Of a DNA stretch of 64,000 nt, positions 36,447 to 45,706 are shown in pieces. Under the pieces are notes generated by a model. It saw nothing but the letters and a program-made list of their open reading frames with translations, made no database searches and was not told the origin of the DNA. This DNA comes from a virus (lineage: Duplodnaviria > Heunggongvirae > Uroviricota > Caudoviricetes), in the IMG/VR virus record IMGVR_UViG_3300033463_000001, positions 147,298 through 211,297 of that record; one strand, 5' to 3'. The translations under genes were made by a program, and so were the position numbers. Positions within the stretch are counted from its first letter, which is position 1, and every line of letters begins with the position of its first letter.

Positions 36447-36458
36447 GGACTATATTAG
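36447..36458 (+). promoter_or_regulatory. Putative middle promoter motif GGACTATATTAG (1/4)
   Basis: Exact 12-mer upstream of ATG 36477. Confidence 0.6.
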
Positions 36459-36476
36459 CGCTAGAGAACGTACGAT

Positions 36477-37082
36477 ATGGTAACATTAGGATACATACTA
36501 GCAACATCGAAGGTACGGGACGTACCTGGATACATAGAGGTAATAAATGACGTGTCACTGGCTGATGCGTCATTGCCTTTACTTATAGTCGGGTACGAAA
36601 ACGCAAAGAGTAACATCAGTGGATTCACGCCTCTTGAACGTGTATACGAAAACGGGCGCGTCAGGTGGATTCTCAGCAAGACTGAACACCGTGGTGAGTA
36701 TGAGAAAGGATTGAAAGAGTTCTACGAATATGTTGTGTCGTCTATTACAGAGAAGTGTAAATATGCTTATGTCAATGTAACGAAGATGCATCAAAAGGAG
36801 ATAGACTCACTCAAGGCCAAGTTACAAGCTAGCAAGCCTGATTTGACAGTGTGGGATTCCTGGAACATGGACTATGTGTTGTCCGGAGATACTGTATATG
36901 GTGTTTCGAAGGAAATCGTCGACTACTGCGGCCTCAAGGAGACAATGGGAGATGTCATGCGGTGTGCTAAAAGCGTGTCGTATGTGAACAAAGAATCCAA
37001 AAGCGCTGTCAACGAGATAGCAAACGGCCTCATAAAGGAGCGTTTCAAGTGCTTTTTCTATTCAAAAACCATGCGTAAATAA
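36477..37082 (+). CDS. Conserved hypothetical protein
   Basis: 201 aa, LPLLIVGY; no motif recognised with confidence. Confidence 0.75.
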   Translation: MVTLGYILATSKVRDVPGYIEVINDVSLADASLPLLIVGYENAKSNISGFTPLERVYENGRVRWILSKTEHRGEYEKGLKEFYEYVVSSITEKCKYAYVNVTKMHQKEIDSLKAKLQASKPDLTVWDSWNMDYVLSGDTVYGVSKEIVDYCGLKETMGDVMRCAKSVSYVNKESKSAVNEIANGLIKERFKCFFYSKTMRK

Positions 37083-37102
37083 CATTTTTCCAGGTATTCT
37101 TG

Positions 37103-37111
37103 TATTTATAG
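37103..37111 (+). promoter_or_regulatory. Putative late promoter motif (6/8)
   Basis: TATTTATAG upstream of ATG 37131. Confidence 0.6.
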
Positions 37112-37130
37112 TTAGATAAAACTCCATACT

Positions 37131-37286
37131 ATGGACAATACTTTATTAGAAACAATGGAAGAGACGTTGAATATCAACGGCGAGGCTCCCGTTAGACGTT
37201 TGAAGATGGACAGAGGTTTGATTGAACGTACTGAATCTTCTGTTACCGTGCTTACGGAGGACAACAAACAACTATTAGTAGACTAA
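37131..37286 (+). CDS. Small late protein (51 aa, below cutoff)
   Basis: Hand-translated MDNTLLETMEETLNING...GLIERTESSVTVLTEDNKQLLVD*. Confidence 0.7.
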   Translation: MDNTLLETMEETLNINGEAPVRRLKMDRGLIERTESSVTVLTEDNKQLLVD

Positions 37287-37296
37287 TATTTACGAA

Positions 37297-38412
37297 ATGG
37301 CTATATTGACTGAACAAGATAGGATGGCTGCCGAACTTGCACAGTTTAGGCATCTCTGTGAGTATGGCTATCCTGTTTCCTATAAGAAAGAATCAGCACC
37401 TGCAGTGATTGGTGAAGCTGGAGAGGACGAGAACCAACCGGTTAATCCAGCAGACAATCAAGGTAAGAATGACACATTGCCCGCTCCGGGTGATGCTGCC
37501 GCTACACAAGGTGATGAGGCTACACCTGCACCTCCGCAACCAGGTGATGATATGGGACAGGGTGCAATGGAGCAACCGGTAGAGGAACCAGTGGATGCCA
37601 ATGGTATTCCTGAGCTCAATGCAGAGGATGTTCCGTCATTGGATGACGATACTACAACCGAGCAGCCTGGTGATACAGTTATTGATGTTGATGACCTGAC
37701 AAAGGCTCAAGAGAAAATCAATAATAAGGCGAACGCCATCGGCACGGATGTTGTTGATGTAAGTGACAAGATTAACAAATTGGCCACTGCTATTGACGAC
37801 GTTCTTAATAAGCTCGAATCTAACAATAGTGACATTGAGAACCTTCGCAGTGAGTTCGAGAAACGCAACCCGACAGAAACAGAGAAACTGCAGCTGCGTT
37901 ACAAAGACTCTTATCCATTCAATGTGAATCCGGATACGTACTTTGACAACAAAGACAACGGAAAGGACGAACAGGAAGAGGAGAAACAACAATACGAGAT
38001 ACATCAATCTGATATCGAAGACGCCGTCGACGACCCGACAATTGCAAAGTCTTTCGACGAGGAGTTTGATGAAGCATACCACTATGACATGGCAAGGATT
38101 CTTGAATGGAATAGTAACGGTGACCCTGAGAGTCCTGCACAAAAGGAAGAGTATCTCCAAGCGAAGAGCGCTATTGGTAAAATGATTGTTTATCACTTCT
38201 CAAACGGAAGTGGAACGACCGGCATCCGTGTTGACTCTGTTAGCCGGATTAGCTCAGGAAACTTCATCTTTGTCGATGTAGACGGTAGTCGTGGTGTTGA
38301 GATTGCTGACGTTCACTCACTTATACATCATGCACCTCGCGCACCGAAGGCTAGCCTGTACTTGACAAATGGTGAGACACTGGACAGTAACGGCTTTGCT
38401 GTTCTGGCCTAA
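37297..38412 (+). CDS. Acidic, Pro-rich late protein (scaffold/prohead-core-like?)
   Basis: Disordered acidic/Pro region, coiled coil, RNPTETEKLQLRYKDSYPFN. Confidence 0.7.
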   Translation: MAILTEQDRMAAELAQFRHLCEYGYPVSYKKESAPAVIGEAGEDENQPVNPADNQGKNDTLPAPGDAAATQGDEATPAPPQPGDDMGQGAMEQPVEEPVDANGIPELNAEDVPSLDDDTTTEQPGDTVIDVDDLTKAQEKINNKANAIGTDVVDVSDKINKLATAIDDVLNKLESNNSDIENLRSEFEKRNPTETEKLQLRYKDSYPFNVNPDTYFDNKDNGKDEQEEEKQQYEIHQSDIEDAVDDPTIAKSFDEEFDEAYHYDMARILEWNSNGDPESPAQKEEYLQAKSAIGKMIVYHFSNGSGTTGIRVDSVSRISSGNFIFVDVDGSRGVEIADVHSLIHHAPRAPKASLYLTNGETLDSNGFAVLA

Positions 38413-38429
38413 AAACACTTGTGACAATG

Positions 38430-38459
38430 AATAGGGGGAGCAAAAAATCCTCCTATTTT
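38430..38459 (+). terminator. Intrinsic terminator
   Basis: AATAGGGGGA...TCCTCCTATT + TTT. Confidence 0.65.
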
Positions 38460-38490
38460 GTCTGTAATTAGTTTAAAGTTTCGTCTAAAA

Positions 38491-38502
38491 GGACTATATT
38501 AG
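38491..38502 (+). promoter_or_regulatory. Putative middle promoter motif (2/4)
   Basis: GGACTATATTAG upstream of SSB. Confidence 0.6.
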
Positions 38503-38559
38503 TAGTGAAAAACAATGGCTATAGAGCCGCTTTGATTTTTATATTTATTTTTACATTTA

Positions 38560-39576
38560 ATGGAAGAAACAATGAATTATGGGACTGAGATTTCCCCGGC
38601 AGCTGTGCAAGCACAAATCACAGAGTCGAAACCTCAACAAGAGAAAGTAGAGAAAACTAAGGTAGAATTCGACCCCAAGCATTACCTTCAAACAAATTTG
38701 GAAGATGGGCAGACGGAGCGCACCATGCAAATTCGTCTTCTCCCGATTACCAAAGACGCGCAGACACCTTTCCTTCTTGTACATGCGCATTACCTAAAAG
38801 TACCTAAAACAGTTTCTAAAAACGGTTGGAAACGTTTCATCTGTCCGGTCAAGAATGGCTTCGAGGACAGTATCGACAAGTGCCCGTTCTGTGTTATAGA
38901 GCGCGACACGCTTGCTGCCATGAAGAAAGAGGTAAAGGACAGTGAAGCCTACAAGAACCTCAACAGCCTTGCCTTCCAGTATAAGGCTAAACCGATGTGG
39001 CTTTGCCGTTGTATTGACCGCGACCACGAGGACGAGGGTGTTAAGTGGTGGATGTTCCCGCACCAGGAGCGCAAGAATGATGGTATCATCGATAAGCTTG
39101 ATTCAATCGAGAAGATTGCACGCAAGCAAGACCCGAACTACACCATCTACAGCCTCCGCAACGGTAAGGACTTATTCCTTACTATCAAGGGTACAATGAC
39201 CAACGGTAAGATGCAGAAGTCAATCACCATTGTGGCCGGCGACCAACGTACGCCTATCTCTACTAACTATGAGCAGGCTATGAAATGGATTAATGACCCT
39301 GTTCTGTGGACTGATGTCTATAAGGTTAAACCTTACGACTATATGTCAATCATTGCAGAGGGTGGTGTGCCTGAGTTCGATAAGAACTTGAAAAAGTTCG
39401 TGAACATTGCAGCTCCTGGCGTAAACGACGAAGCTGTAAAGGAAGGTATAAACACTCCGGAAGAGAAGGCTGCTGAGCAAGAGATTACCAATGCAATTCC
39501 TGTAAACGAACCTAAAGAGCCTGTTACGAAATTTGACCCTGAACTCAATAAGGCTGTACAAGACCTACCGTTCTAA
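38560..39576 (+). CDS. Single-stranded DNA-binding protein (T4 gp32-like)
   Basis: IRLLP...PFLLVHAHY, ICP...CPFC Zn site, GVKWW, GKDLFLTI; acidic tail ending DLPF. Confidence 0.8.
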   Translation: MEETMNYGTEISPAAVQAQITESKPQQEKVEKTKVEFDPKHYLQTNLEDGQTERTMQIRLLPITKDAQTPFLLVHAHYLKVPKTVSKNGWKRFICPVKNGFEDSIDKCPFCVIERDTLAAMKKEVKDSEAYKNLNSLAFQYKAKPMWLCRCIDRDHEDEGVKWWMFPHQERKNDGIIDKLDSIEKIARKQDPNYTIYSLRNGKDLFLTIKGTMTNGKMQKSITIVAGDQRTPISTNYEQAMKWINDPVLWTDVYKVKPYDYMSIIAEGGVPEFDKNLKKFVNIAAPGVNDEAVKEGINTPEEKAAEQEITNAIPVNEPKEPVTKFDPELNKAVQDLPF

Positions 39577-39577
39577 T

Positions 39578-40174
39578 ATGGAAGGAAAACTTTACTACAC
39601 ATACGGAACGATGTCGTCAGCAAAAACGTTAGAGCTACTCTCTTTGGCTTATACGCTTGAGAAAAATGGTGACGCCGTTCTGAGTTTGAAATCTTCAATC
39701 GACACGCGTGAGGGTGATAATGCTATCATCAAATCGCGTGCCGGTTTGCAAAGAGACTGTATCATCATTAACGATGACCAAGATATATACGAGCCTATTA
39801 AGCAGTATGTTGAGGAGATACGTAAGCAAACCAACAAGAGAGTGTGGGTGTTTGTTGATGAATGTCAATTCTTAACGCCACGGCAGGTTGATGAACTGGC
39901 CGCTATCGTAGATGATTTTGATGTCAACGTATTCTGCTTTGGACTTCGTACTGATTTCCAATCACATCTTTTTCCAGGCGCAGCAAGGCTTTTCGAACTT
40001 GCAGATACCATCACTGAGAAGAAAACATATTGCAAGTGTGGCGGAAAGGCAATTATCAACGCCCGTGTTGACGGAGATGGGAATGTATTGAATGACGGTG
40101 AACAAGTTCTAATCGGCGGTGACGAATGCTACGTTCCTATGTGTCGTAAGTGTTGGAAAGAACGTTCTCACTAA
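39578..40174 (+). CDS. tdk: Thymidine kinase
   Basis: YGTMSSAKT, VFVDECQFL, FGLRTDF..LFPGA, CKCG, IGGDECYVPMCRKCW. Confidence 0.95.
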   Translation: MEGKLYYTYGTMSSAKTLELLSLAYTLEKNGDAVLSLKSSIDTREGDNAIIKSRAGLQRDCIIINDDQDIYEPIKQYVEEIRKQTNKRVWVFVDECQFLTPRQVDELAAIVDDFDVNVFCFGLRTDFQSHLFPGAARLFELADTITEKKTYCKCGGKAIINARVDGDGNVLNDGEQVLIGGDECYVPMCRKCWKERSH

Positions 40175-40195
40175 AAAACAAACAACAACAATTAT

Positions 40196-41317
40196 ATGGC
40201 AACACAAGCAGTAAAGAAAAAAAGTAATCCGCTAGGTGGGTTGGCTAGCTTCAAAAAATCGCACGCTTTCTCGTATAACAACGCAGATAAGCCGCTCGAA
40301 TGGATTCAAATGCCACCTGCGTTCCAGGAAGCAACGCGTTTGGTTGGTATCCCGATGGGTTACGTAACAGCAATCCTCGGACACTCCAACACTGGAAAGA
40401 CGACACTCATCTGTCACATTATTGCGCAGGCACAAAAGCAAGGATGTATCCCTGTTATTATCGACACTGAGAATGCATTTGATTTCAACTACGCAATATC
40501 GATGGGGTTTGTAGCAACTCCAGTGCGCGACGATGATGGAAAGATTGTAATGTATGATGGAGATTTCCTTTATTACAATAATGCAATCCTCGCCGCACAA
40601 TACGGTGACATTGATTACAGTACCGGAAAAAAAGTCGCTACTCCACGTACATGTGCTGTGATTGAAGACGTTGCACAGTGTATTAACGATGTCCTTGATG
40701 CACAGGAATCTGGACAGCTTGATGCACCACTCCTGTTCGTATGGGATTCAATTGGTTCCATCGGTTCGTGGCAAGAGTATGCGTCCGGTAAGAAGGCGAA
40801 TAACATGTGGCAAGCTGCGGCTATCGCAACATCTATGCGTGATATTCTGGATAATCGTATTCCTGGCAGTAAAAAGGCTATGTCTACTTACAGTAATACA
40901 TTTGTGATGATTCAGAAGTTAAGCGTCGAGACAACTCCTACCGGACTCAAGTCTGCAAAGGGTAAAGGCGGTTTGCAATTGCATTACAGCGCTCGTCTTG
41001 AGTTGTTCCTTGGTGGTGTAGGTGGAGCCGGAACAAAGGTTCTGTCTGCTGTTAGCAAGGGTGCACAAATTGATTACGCTACCGAGACGAAGATTAAAAT
41101 CACAAAGTCTCACCTGCCTTCGCCGTTCAACGTAACCGGAGAGGGAAAATTCGTATGTACTTCGAAGGGTATCATCAAGTGCAGTGAGCTGGAAAGCTAT
41201 AAGAAAGAGCACTTGAAGGAAATCATCGATGGACTTAACCAACAACTAAGTGCTTACGGAGAGGGTACAGTCGACAGTGATAACATTGACTTCGCTGAGC
41301 GTGAGGTTGAAGAGTAA
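40196..41317 (+). CDS. uvsX: RecA/UvsX-like recombinase
   Basis: Walker A GHSNTGKT, IIDTEN, FVWDSIGS, KGG..L.Y.A.L. Confidence 0.88.
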   Translation: MATQAVKKKSNPLGGLASFKKSHAFSYNNADKPLEWIQMPPAFQEATRLVGIPMGYVTAILGHSNTGKTTLICHIIAQAQKQGCIPVIIDTENAFDFNYAISMGFVATPVRDDDGKIVMYDGDFLYYNNAILAAQYGDIDYSTGKKVATPRTCAVIEDVAQCINDVLDAQESGQLDAPLLFVWDSIGSIGSWQEYASGKKANNMWQAAAIATSMRDILDNRIPGSKKAMSTYSNTFVMIQKLSVETTPTGLKSAKGKGGLQLHYSARLELFLGGVGGAGTKVLSAVSKGAQIDYATETKIKITKSHLPSPFNVTGEGKFVCTSKGIIKCSELESYKKEHLKEIIDGLNQQLSAYGEGTVDSDNIDFAEREVEE

Positions 41318-41325
41318 ACTGATAG

Positions 41326-41357
41326 ATGGTGTGGCTTCGGTTGCACCATTTATTTTT
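41326..41357 (+). terminator. Intrinsic terminator with cUUCGg tetraloop
   Basis: ATGGTGTGGC-TTCG-GTTGCACCAT + TTATTTTT. Confidence 0.85.
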
Positions 41358-41364
41358 GTTTTTG

Positions 41365-41373
41365 TATTTATTG
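41365..41373 (+). promoter_or_regulatory. Putative late promoter motif (7/8)
   Basis: TATTTATTG upstream of ATG 41393. Confidence 0.6.
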
Positions 41374-41392
41374 GTAGTTAAGATTTTAAGCG

Positions 41393-42521
41393 ATGATTGT
41401 TACAACCAAATGGATGAAGGAGAAATACGATGAGTTCAACGCTCGCTATTTCGAAGGAAAACTACCAAATATACAATTTAAAGTCAATAACACCAATAGT
41501 CGATGGGGGTACTGCTTCGTATCACTACAGTCTGTCGCGCGGTACTATTACACCTACAGAGATTAAAATGTCTAACTATCATGACTCTCCGGAGAAGGTG
41601 AAGATTAACACGCTTCTTCACGAGATGATTCATATAGCAGACTACACATTCCACCCGGAACACTTCCTAGTACGTGACAGGTGGACTGGAAAATACAAGC
41701 GCCGCAGGTACGACGCACACGGACCTATTTTCTTTTTGCCTGAGGCTGCTCGTCTTAATAAGGACGGGTGGGGAATTGACGCACATGTGACGCAGGACGA
41801 AATTGAGTCAAGCACGCTTAGTGCCGACAATCAAATGAAACTAGATAAAAAGAAACGTACAGGTGTAACTTTCTTCATCATCCACTACGCGCATCCATAC
41901 ATTCTCACTAGGACGGGTAATGTCATGTACCACTACGGTTATTGTAAGGTTGGAACTCGCCGGGATGACTACCTTGTAAAATTTAAAGATTGCGTTGCAC
42001 GTGGTGAAGTCAAATACGTTGACGAGTATGTGTCTCATACAGAAGAAGGTGTCAAGGCACCAACCAGTAAGGAGCGCCGGTGGTATTTAACCAATGACCC
42101 AGAGGGCATCATTGAGAAATATAGTCTTGAATACGTAGGAACTGTGGCCGGCCGCACTCACTCCGTTATTAAACAAGACAAGCAGGACGACAACAACGAA
42201 ATAACAACAGGAACAATGGAACCAAAAGAGAAAAAGATTCCTGTATTCACAATGAGACTGAATAACGGCCGCGTATTCACTATCGAAAACGTCACAGAAG
42301 ACGAGTTGCGCGCTGCAATAAAAAAGCAGTTTCCGAACTGGTCTGAGGATGCTATTAACAAACTAATAGCAAACCAGTCATTCTTTCCTAAAGGCAAAGG
42401 ATTGGAAGAAAATTGTGAACATGGACTCATCGACGAGGATACAGAAGGAGGAGATGCAACAGACGCGTTTACACGTGTTATTCCAATCACAAAAGATAGT
42501 GGAATTGTAGAAATGGAATAA
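41393..42521 (+). pseudogene. SprT-like zinc metalloprotease split by a 1-nt frameshift
   Basis: Frame 1 from ATG 41393: MIVTTKWMKEKYDEFNARYFEGKLP...SRWG, stop at 41566. The +1 frame continues TASYHY...LLHEMIH...HGPIF. Junction at the G5 run 41505-41509. Confidence 0.75.
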
Positions 42522-42546
42522 AAAAGTAACCTATTTTCGAAAAAAC

Positions 42547-42558
42547 GGACTATATTAG
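42547..42558 (+). promoter_or_regulatory. Putative middle promoter motif (3/4)
   Basis: GGACTATATTAG upstream of ATG 42587. Confidence 0.6.
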
Positions 42559-42586
42559 TGTTGAAATCAAACGAAAGTAGGAATAT

Positions 42587-43201
42587 ATGATTCACAGTGA
42601 ACTTCGAAAAGAAGATGTGCGTCGTTCTAATGTTATATCGGATTTCCTGGATAAACATTTCTACGCCGTGCACACAACACAGTTCGAACGTGTAAATGAC
42701 ACCGAGCGCCAGGTTCAAGGTATCGATACCATTTTCACATTTCAAGGACACGAATATACATGCGACGAGAAGGCTTCAGTTAGGTATATCAACAAGAACC
42801 TGCGAACCTTCTCGTTTGAGTTAAGCTTTTTGCGCAAAAGCGGAGAGACAACAGATGGGTGGTTACTGTCAGAAAAAGACATTAACAACTCTTTCTTGCT
42901 ATGCTGGATAGACAGGGCAAAGAGCGATACGCCACAGGATGAAAGTGATATTCTGGAGATGGAGATTGCACTTGTACGGCGCGAAGCAATTCTTGCCTAC
43001 CTACAGCATTTCGGATGGGATAAACGAAAGCTACTGCGTAAGGCAAGGCGCATACGTGAGCAGTATCACGAGAATCTCGGCTCGATAGAAACAAATGGCT
43101 GCAAGTTTGTGTTTTCCGATAAGCTTGTTGAGAAGCCTGTGAATGTTCTCATTTCGCGTGATACATTATTAGAGATAAGCGATTTTCACAAGATTTTGTG
43201 A
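42587..43201 (+). CDS. Hypothetical protein, possible PD-(D/E)xK nuclease fold
   Basis: QVQGIDTIF...CDEKAS...FSFELS. Confidence 0.6.
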   Translation: MIHSELRKEDVRRSNVISDFLDKHFYAVHTTQFERVNDTERQVQGIDTIFTFQGHEYTCDEKASVRYINKNLRTFSFELSFLRKSGETTDGWLLSEKDINNSFLLCWIDRAKSDTPQDESDILEMEIALVRREAILAYLQHFGWDKRKLLRKARRIREQYHENLGSIETNGCKFVFSDKLVEKPVNVLISRDTLLEISDFHKIL

Positions 43202-43267
43202 TTTTTCGCTATTTTTGTATGGCTATTATGTGATTTTGGTATCAAATTCACACTATTTTGTGATTTT
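43191..43267 (+). repeat. Three phased direct repeats ATT(T/A)TGTGATTTT
   Basis: Copies at 43193-43205, 43225-43237 and 43255-43267 (spacing 32 and 30 nt). Confidence 0.6.
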
Positions 43268-43279
43268 CAAGGAACAGTT

Positions 43280-43555
43280 ATGTATATGGAAGAAACAAAG
43301 GGATGGACGATGACGTCTACTATTGGCTCCATCCAAACAGAAAATGGCGGCCAAAAAGAAGCTAATGCTCCAGTAGGTAAAATCGGCACGATTGAGCCAA
43401 TCTGGGACGACGATGATGACAACACGTTATCTGAAGAAGCTGCAGAACAAAAGGCTTTTGTACGCGGTGTGCTTGTAAAATACACCACCGGCACGAAGTA
43501 CAATATAGATATTGAAGAGATAGTGGATTATATTGCAGGACTTTACAGGCAGTAA
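43280..43555 (+). CDS. Hypothetical acidic protein
   Basis: 91-aa ORF. Confidence 0.65.
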   Translation: MYMEETKGWTMTSTIGSIQTENGGQKEANAPVGKIGTIEPIWDDDDDNTLSEEAAEQKAFVRGVLVKYTTGTKYNIDIEEIVDYIAGLYRQ

Positions 43556-43558
43556 TTT

Positions 43559-44740
43559 ATGCAACAAGGTATACGCCCGAACATATCACAACGCAAACCG
43601 GCAGAGAAGCCTGAAACACACCTGGTAATTGACGGCAACAGTCTCCTGAAGCGATGCATCAGTATAGATAAGCGTGTCAGCCAAAAAGGTTGGGAGTGGG
43701 GAGGAATATTCCAATTCCTGATGCAGGTAAAGGCTGTTTTGCGGAAGTATAACTTCGACTATGTGTATGCTTTTTTCGACGGAGACCAGAGTGGGTATTT
43801 GAGATACAAACTCTACCATGCCTACAAGGCAAACCGTGATAAACACTACGACACATTCTCGGAGAATCAGTCAGCGCACGATAAAGCGTTCAATGCATAT
43901 TGCAAACGTACTCTAGATTATCACGCACAGAAAGCAGCCCTAACGGAGCGTGCGAGTGCTGAAGACGACGCAGACGAGAATTTCCGGAGGCAGCGTGGCA
44001 TCCTCGGTATGATTATGGAAGAGTTATTCATCCACAGTGCCATGTTTGACATGGTTGAGGGCGATGACCTTATTGCGTATTACGTAAAGAACAAGAAGCC
44101 GCAGGATAGAGTTGTAATCATGAGCGGTGACATGGACTTAGCTCAGCTTATCTCTGACACAGTTATTATGTACTGTCTCAACTCAGATGAGCATAAGCCG
44201 AAGTTCTTCATAAACTCAACAAACTCTATCGAAAAGCTTGGATTCACACACAAGAACGCCGCGCTCATTAAAACTATATGTGGTGATAAATCTGATAACA
44301 TCTTCGGCATAACTGGTTTTGGTGGAATTGGACATAAGACATTGTTCAAGTTTTTCCCTGAACTCATTACAGAAGAACACGACTACGCCTATATAGAACA
44401 TCGTGCGCGAGAGTTACATGCAAAGAAACCAAGTAAGTTCTTAGAGAACCTTATCAATCACAGAACGACCGGTGAGTACGATGGTGATGTTATTGATATC
44501 AACAATAAACTTGTTAGTCTCAAAGAGCCAATGCTCACCGAAGAGGCAAAACAGTATTTTGTAGATACAATGTACAAGCCTATAGACCCGGAAGATAGAG
44601 ACTTAAAGAACATCAAACAGTTGACCTATGAGTATCGTTTTACAGACTGGCTCAACGACGAAACATTCGGTAGATTTTTCTCTGATTTCACAAAAACGAT
44701 GGATTTAGAAAAAAAACGTTACAAAATGTCACTAAATTAA
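43559..44740 (+). CDS. 5'-3' exonuclease / flap endonuclease (T4 RNase H / PolA N-terminal-like)
   Basis: LVIDGNSL, AFFDG, YKANR, VEGDDLIA, MSGDMDLAQL, CGDKSDNIFGI. Confidence 0.92.
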   Translation: MQQGIRPNISQRKPAEKPETHLVIDGNSLLKRCISIDKRVSQKGWEWGGIFQFLMQVKAVLRKYNFDYVYAFFDGDQSGYLRYKLYHAYKANRDKHYDTFSENQSAHDKAFNAYCKRTLDYHAQKAALTERASAEDDADENFRRQRGILGMIMEELFIHSAMFDMVEGDDLIAYYVKNKKPQDRVVIMSGDMDLAQLISDTVIMYCLNSDEHKPKFFINSTNSIEKLGFTHKNAALIKTICGDKSDNIFGITGFGGIGHKTLFKFFPELITEEHDYAYIEHRARELHAKKPSKFLENLINHRTTGEYDGDVIDINNKLVSLKEPMLTEEAKQYFVDTMYKPIDPEDRDLKNIKQLTYEYRFTDWLNDETFGRFFSDFTKTMDLEKKRYKMSLN

Positions 44741-44748
44741 AAAACTTC

Positions 44749-44760
44749 GGACTATATTAG
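44749..44760 (+). promoter_or_regulatory. Putative middle promoter motif (4/4)
   Basis: GGACTATATTAG upstream of the 44829/helicase operon. Confidence 0.6.
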
Positions 44761-44828
44761 TATTGGAGTTTGAAAAACCACATAATTTATAATTTAATTG
44801 TTTAATCCTTTAACCCAAAGAAAGAAGA

Positions 44829-45698
44829 ATGGAAGAAAAGAAGTATCCATTTGACATTGAACTGCAAGTGAATGACACTGTAGTTCTTGCAAACAACTTT
44901 AACATCAGCTTCTTCAATTGGGAGAGTATGAACTCTAGAGACTTCCTGGTAGTTGCTCGCAAATGCGTGAAACTTATTAAGGATGACCTCGCTTCAAAGA
45001 GCCGTGTCGCATCTTGGTTCTACAACTCGCCCGATTACAAAGAAGGTGAACTCCTGAAACTGCGCCAGGACTATCTGGACGCACACAAAGACGAACTCGT
45101 TGAGTGGCCTGTCAAAGTCAACGAGAATGAGTACGCTACGCAAGCGCTTAACTACATCTCGAAAGAGCACACTTACCCGGCTCAAAGTGACTATGAGACA
45201 CCGGTAGAGCCCATGTCGTACATCTTCAAGTTTGTTATCAAACATGAAGGACGAGAGATGTTCTCGGAAATCTGGGACGGTTCCTACTACCAACCCATTG
45301 TACGCGAGCACATCGACCTCATTAATGACCCGCGTCGCTACGAGAGCGATGACCCGACGGAGTCTATCTCTCTGAAATTCAGCATGTATCGTGCCATGTC
45401 GCTTGGCAAGACCAATGTGCTTTCGGAGATTATCCGTAAAATCTGCGACGTATGCCGCCCGGAGAAGCTTATCCGTGACGAGAAAGGCCGTGTAGTTGAG
45501 AAACAAGGTCGCTATGCAACCACTCTTGACTACGACCTGGGAGAAGACTTCACCAATGACAGCGACAATACCGTTCGTCGCTACGAGTATGGACGCATCA
45601 CGCGCCAGAAACAACTTACAAGTGAGTTGCTGAAAACGAAGGGTGTGTCGGAGAAAAATCGTAAGTGGAGAAAACAATTTTACGGTAACAAGAAATAG
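44829..45698 (+). CDS. Conserved hypothetical protein upstream of helicase
   Basis: 289 aa; no recognised motif. Confidence 0.75.
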   Translation: MEEKKYPFDIELQVNDTVVLANNFNISFFNWESMNSRDFLVVARKCVKLIKDDLASKSRVASWFYNSPDYKEGELLKLRQDYLDAHKDELVEWPVKVNENEYATQALNYISKEHTYPAQSDYETPVEPMSYIFKFVIKHEGREMFSEIWDGSYYQPIVREHIDLINDPRRYESDDPTESISLKFSMYRAMSLGKTNVLSEIIRKICDVCRPEKLIRDEKGRVVEKQGRYATTLDYDLGEDFTNDSDNTVRRYEYGRITRQKQLTSELLKTKGVSEKNRKWRKQFYGNKK

Positions 45699-45706
45699 TT
45701 GGTAGA

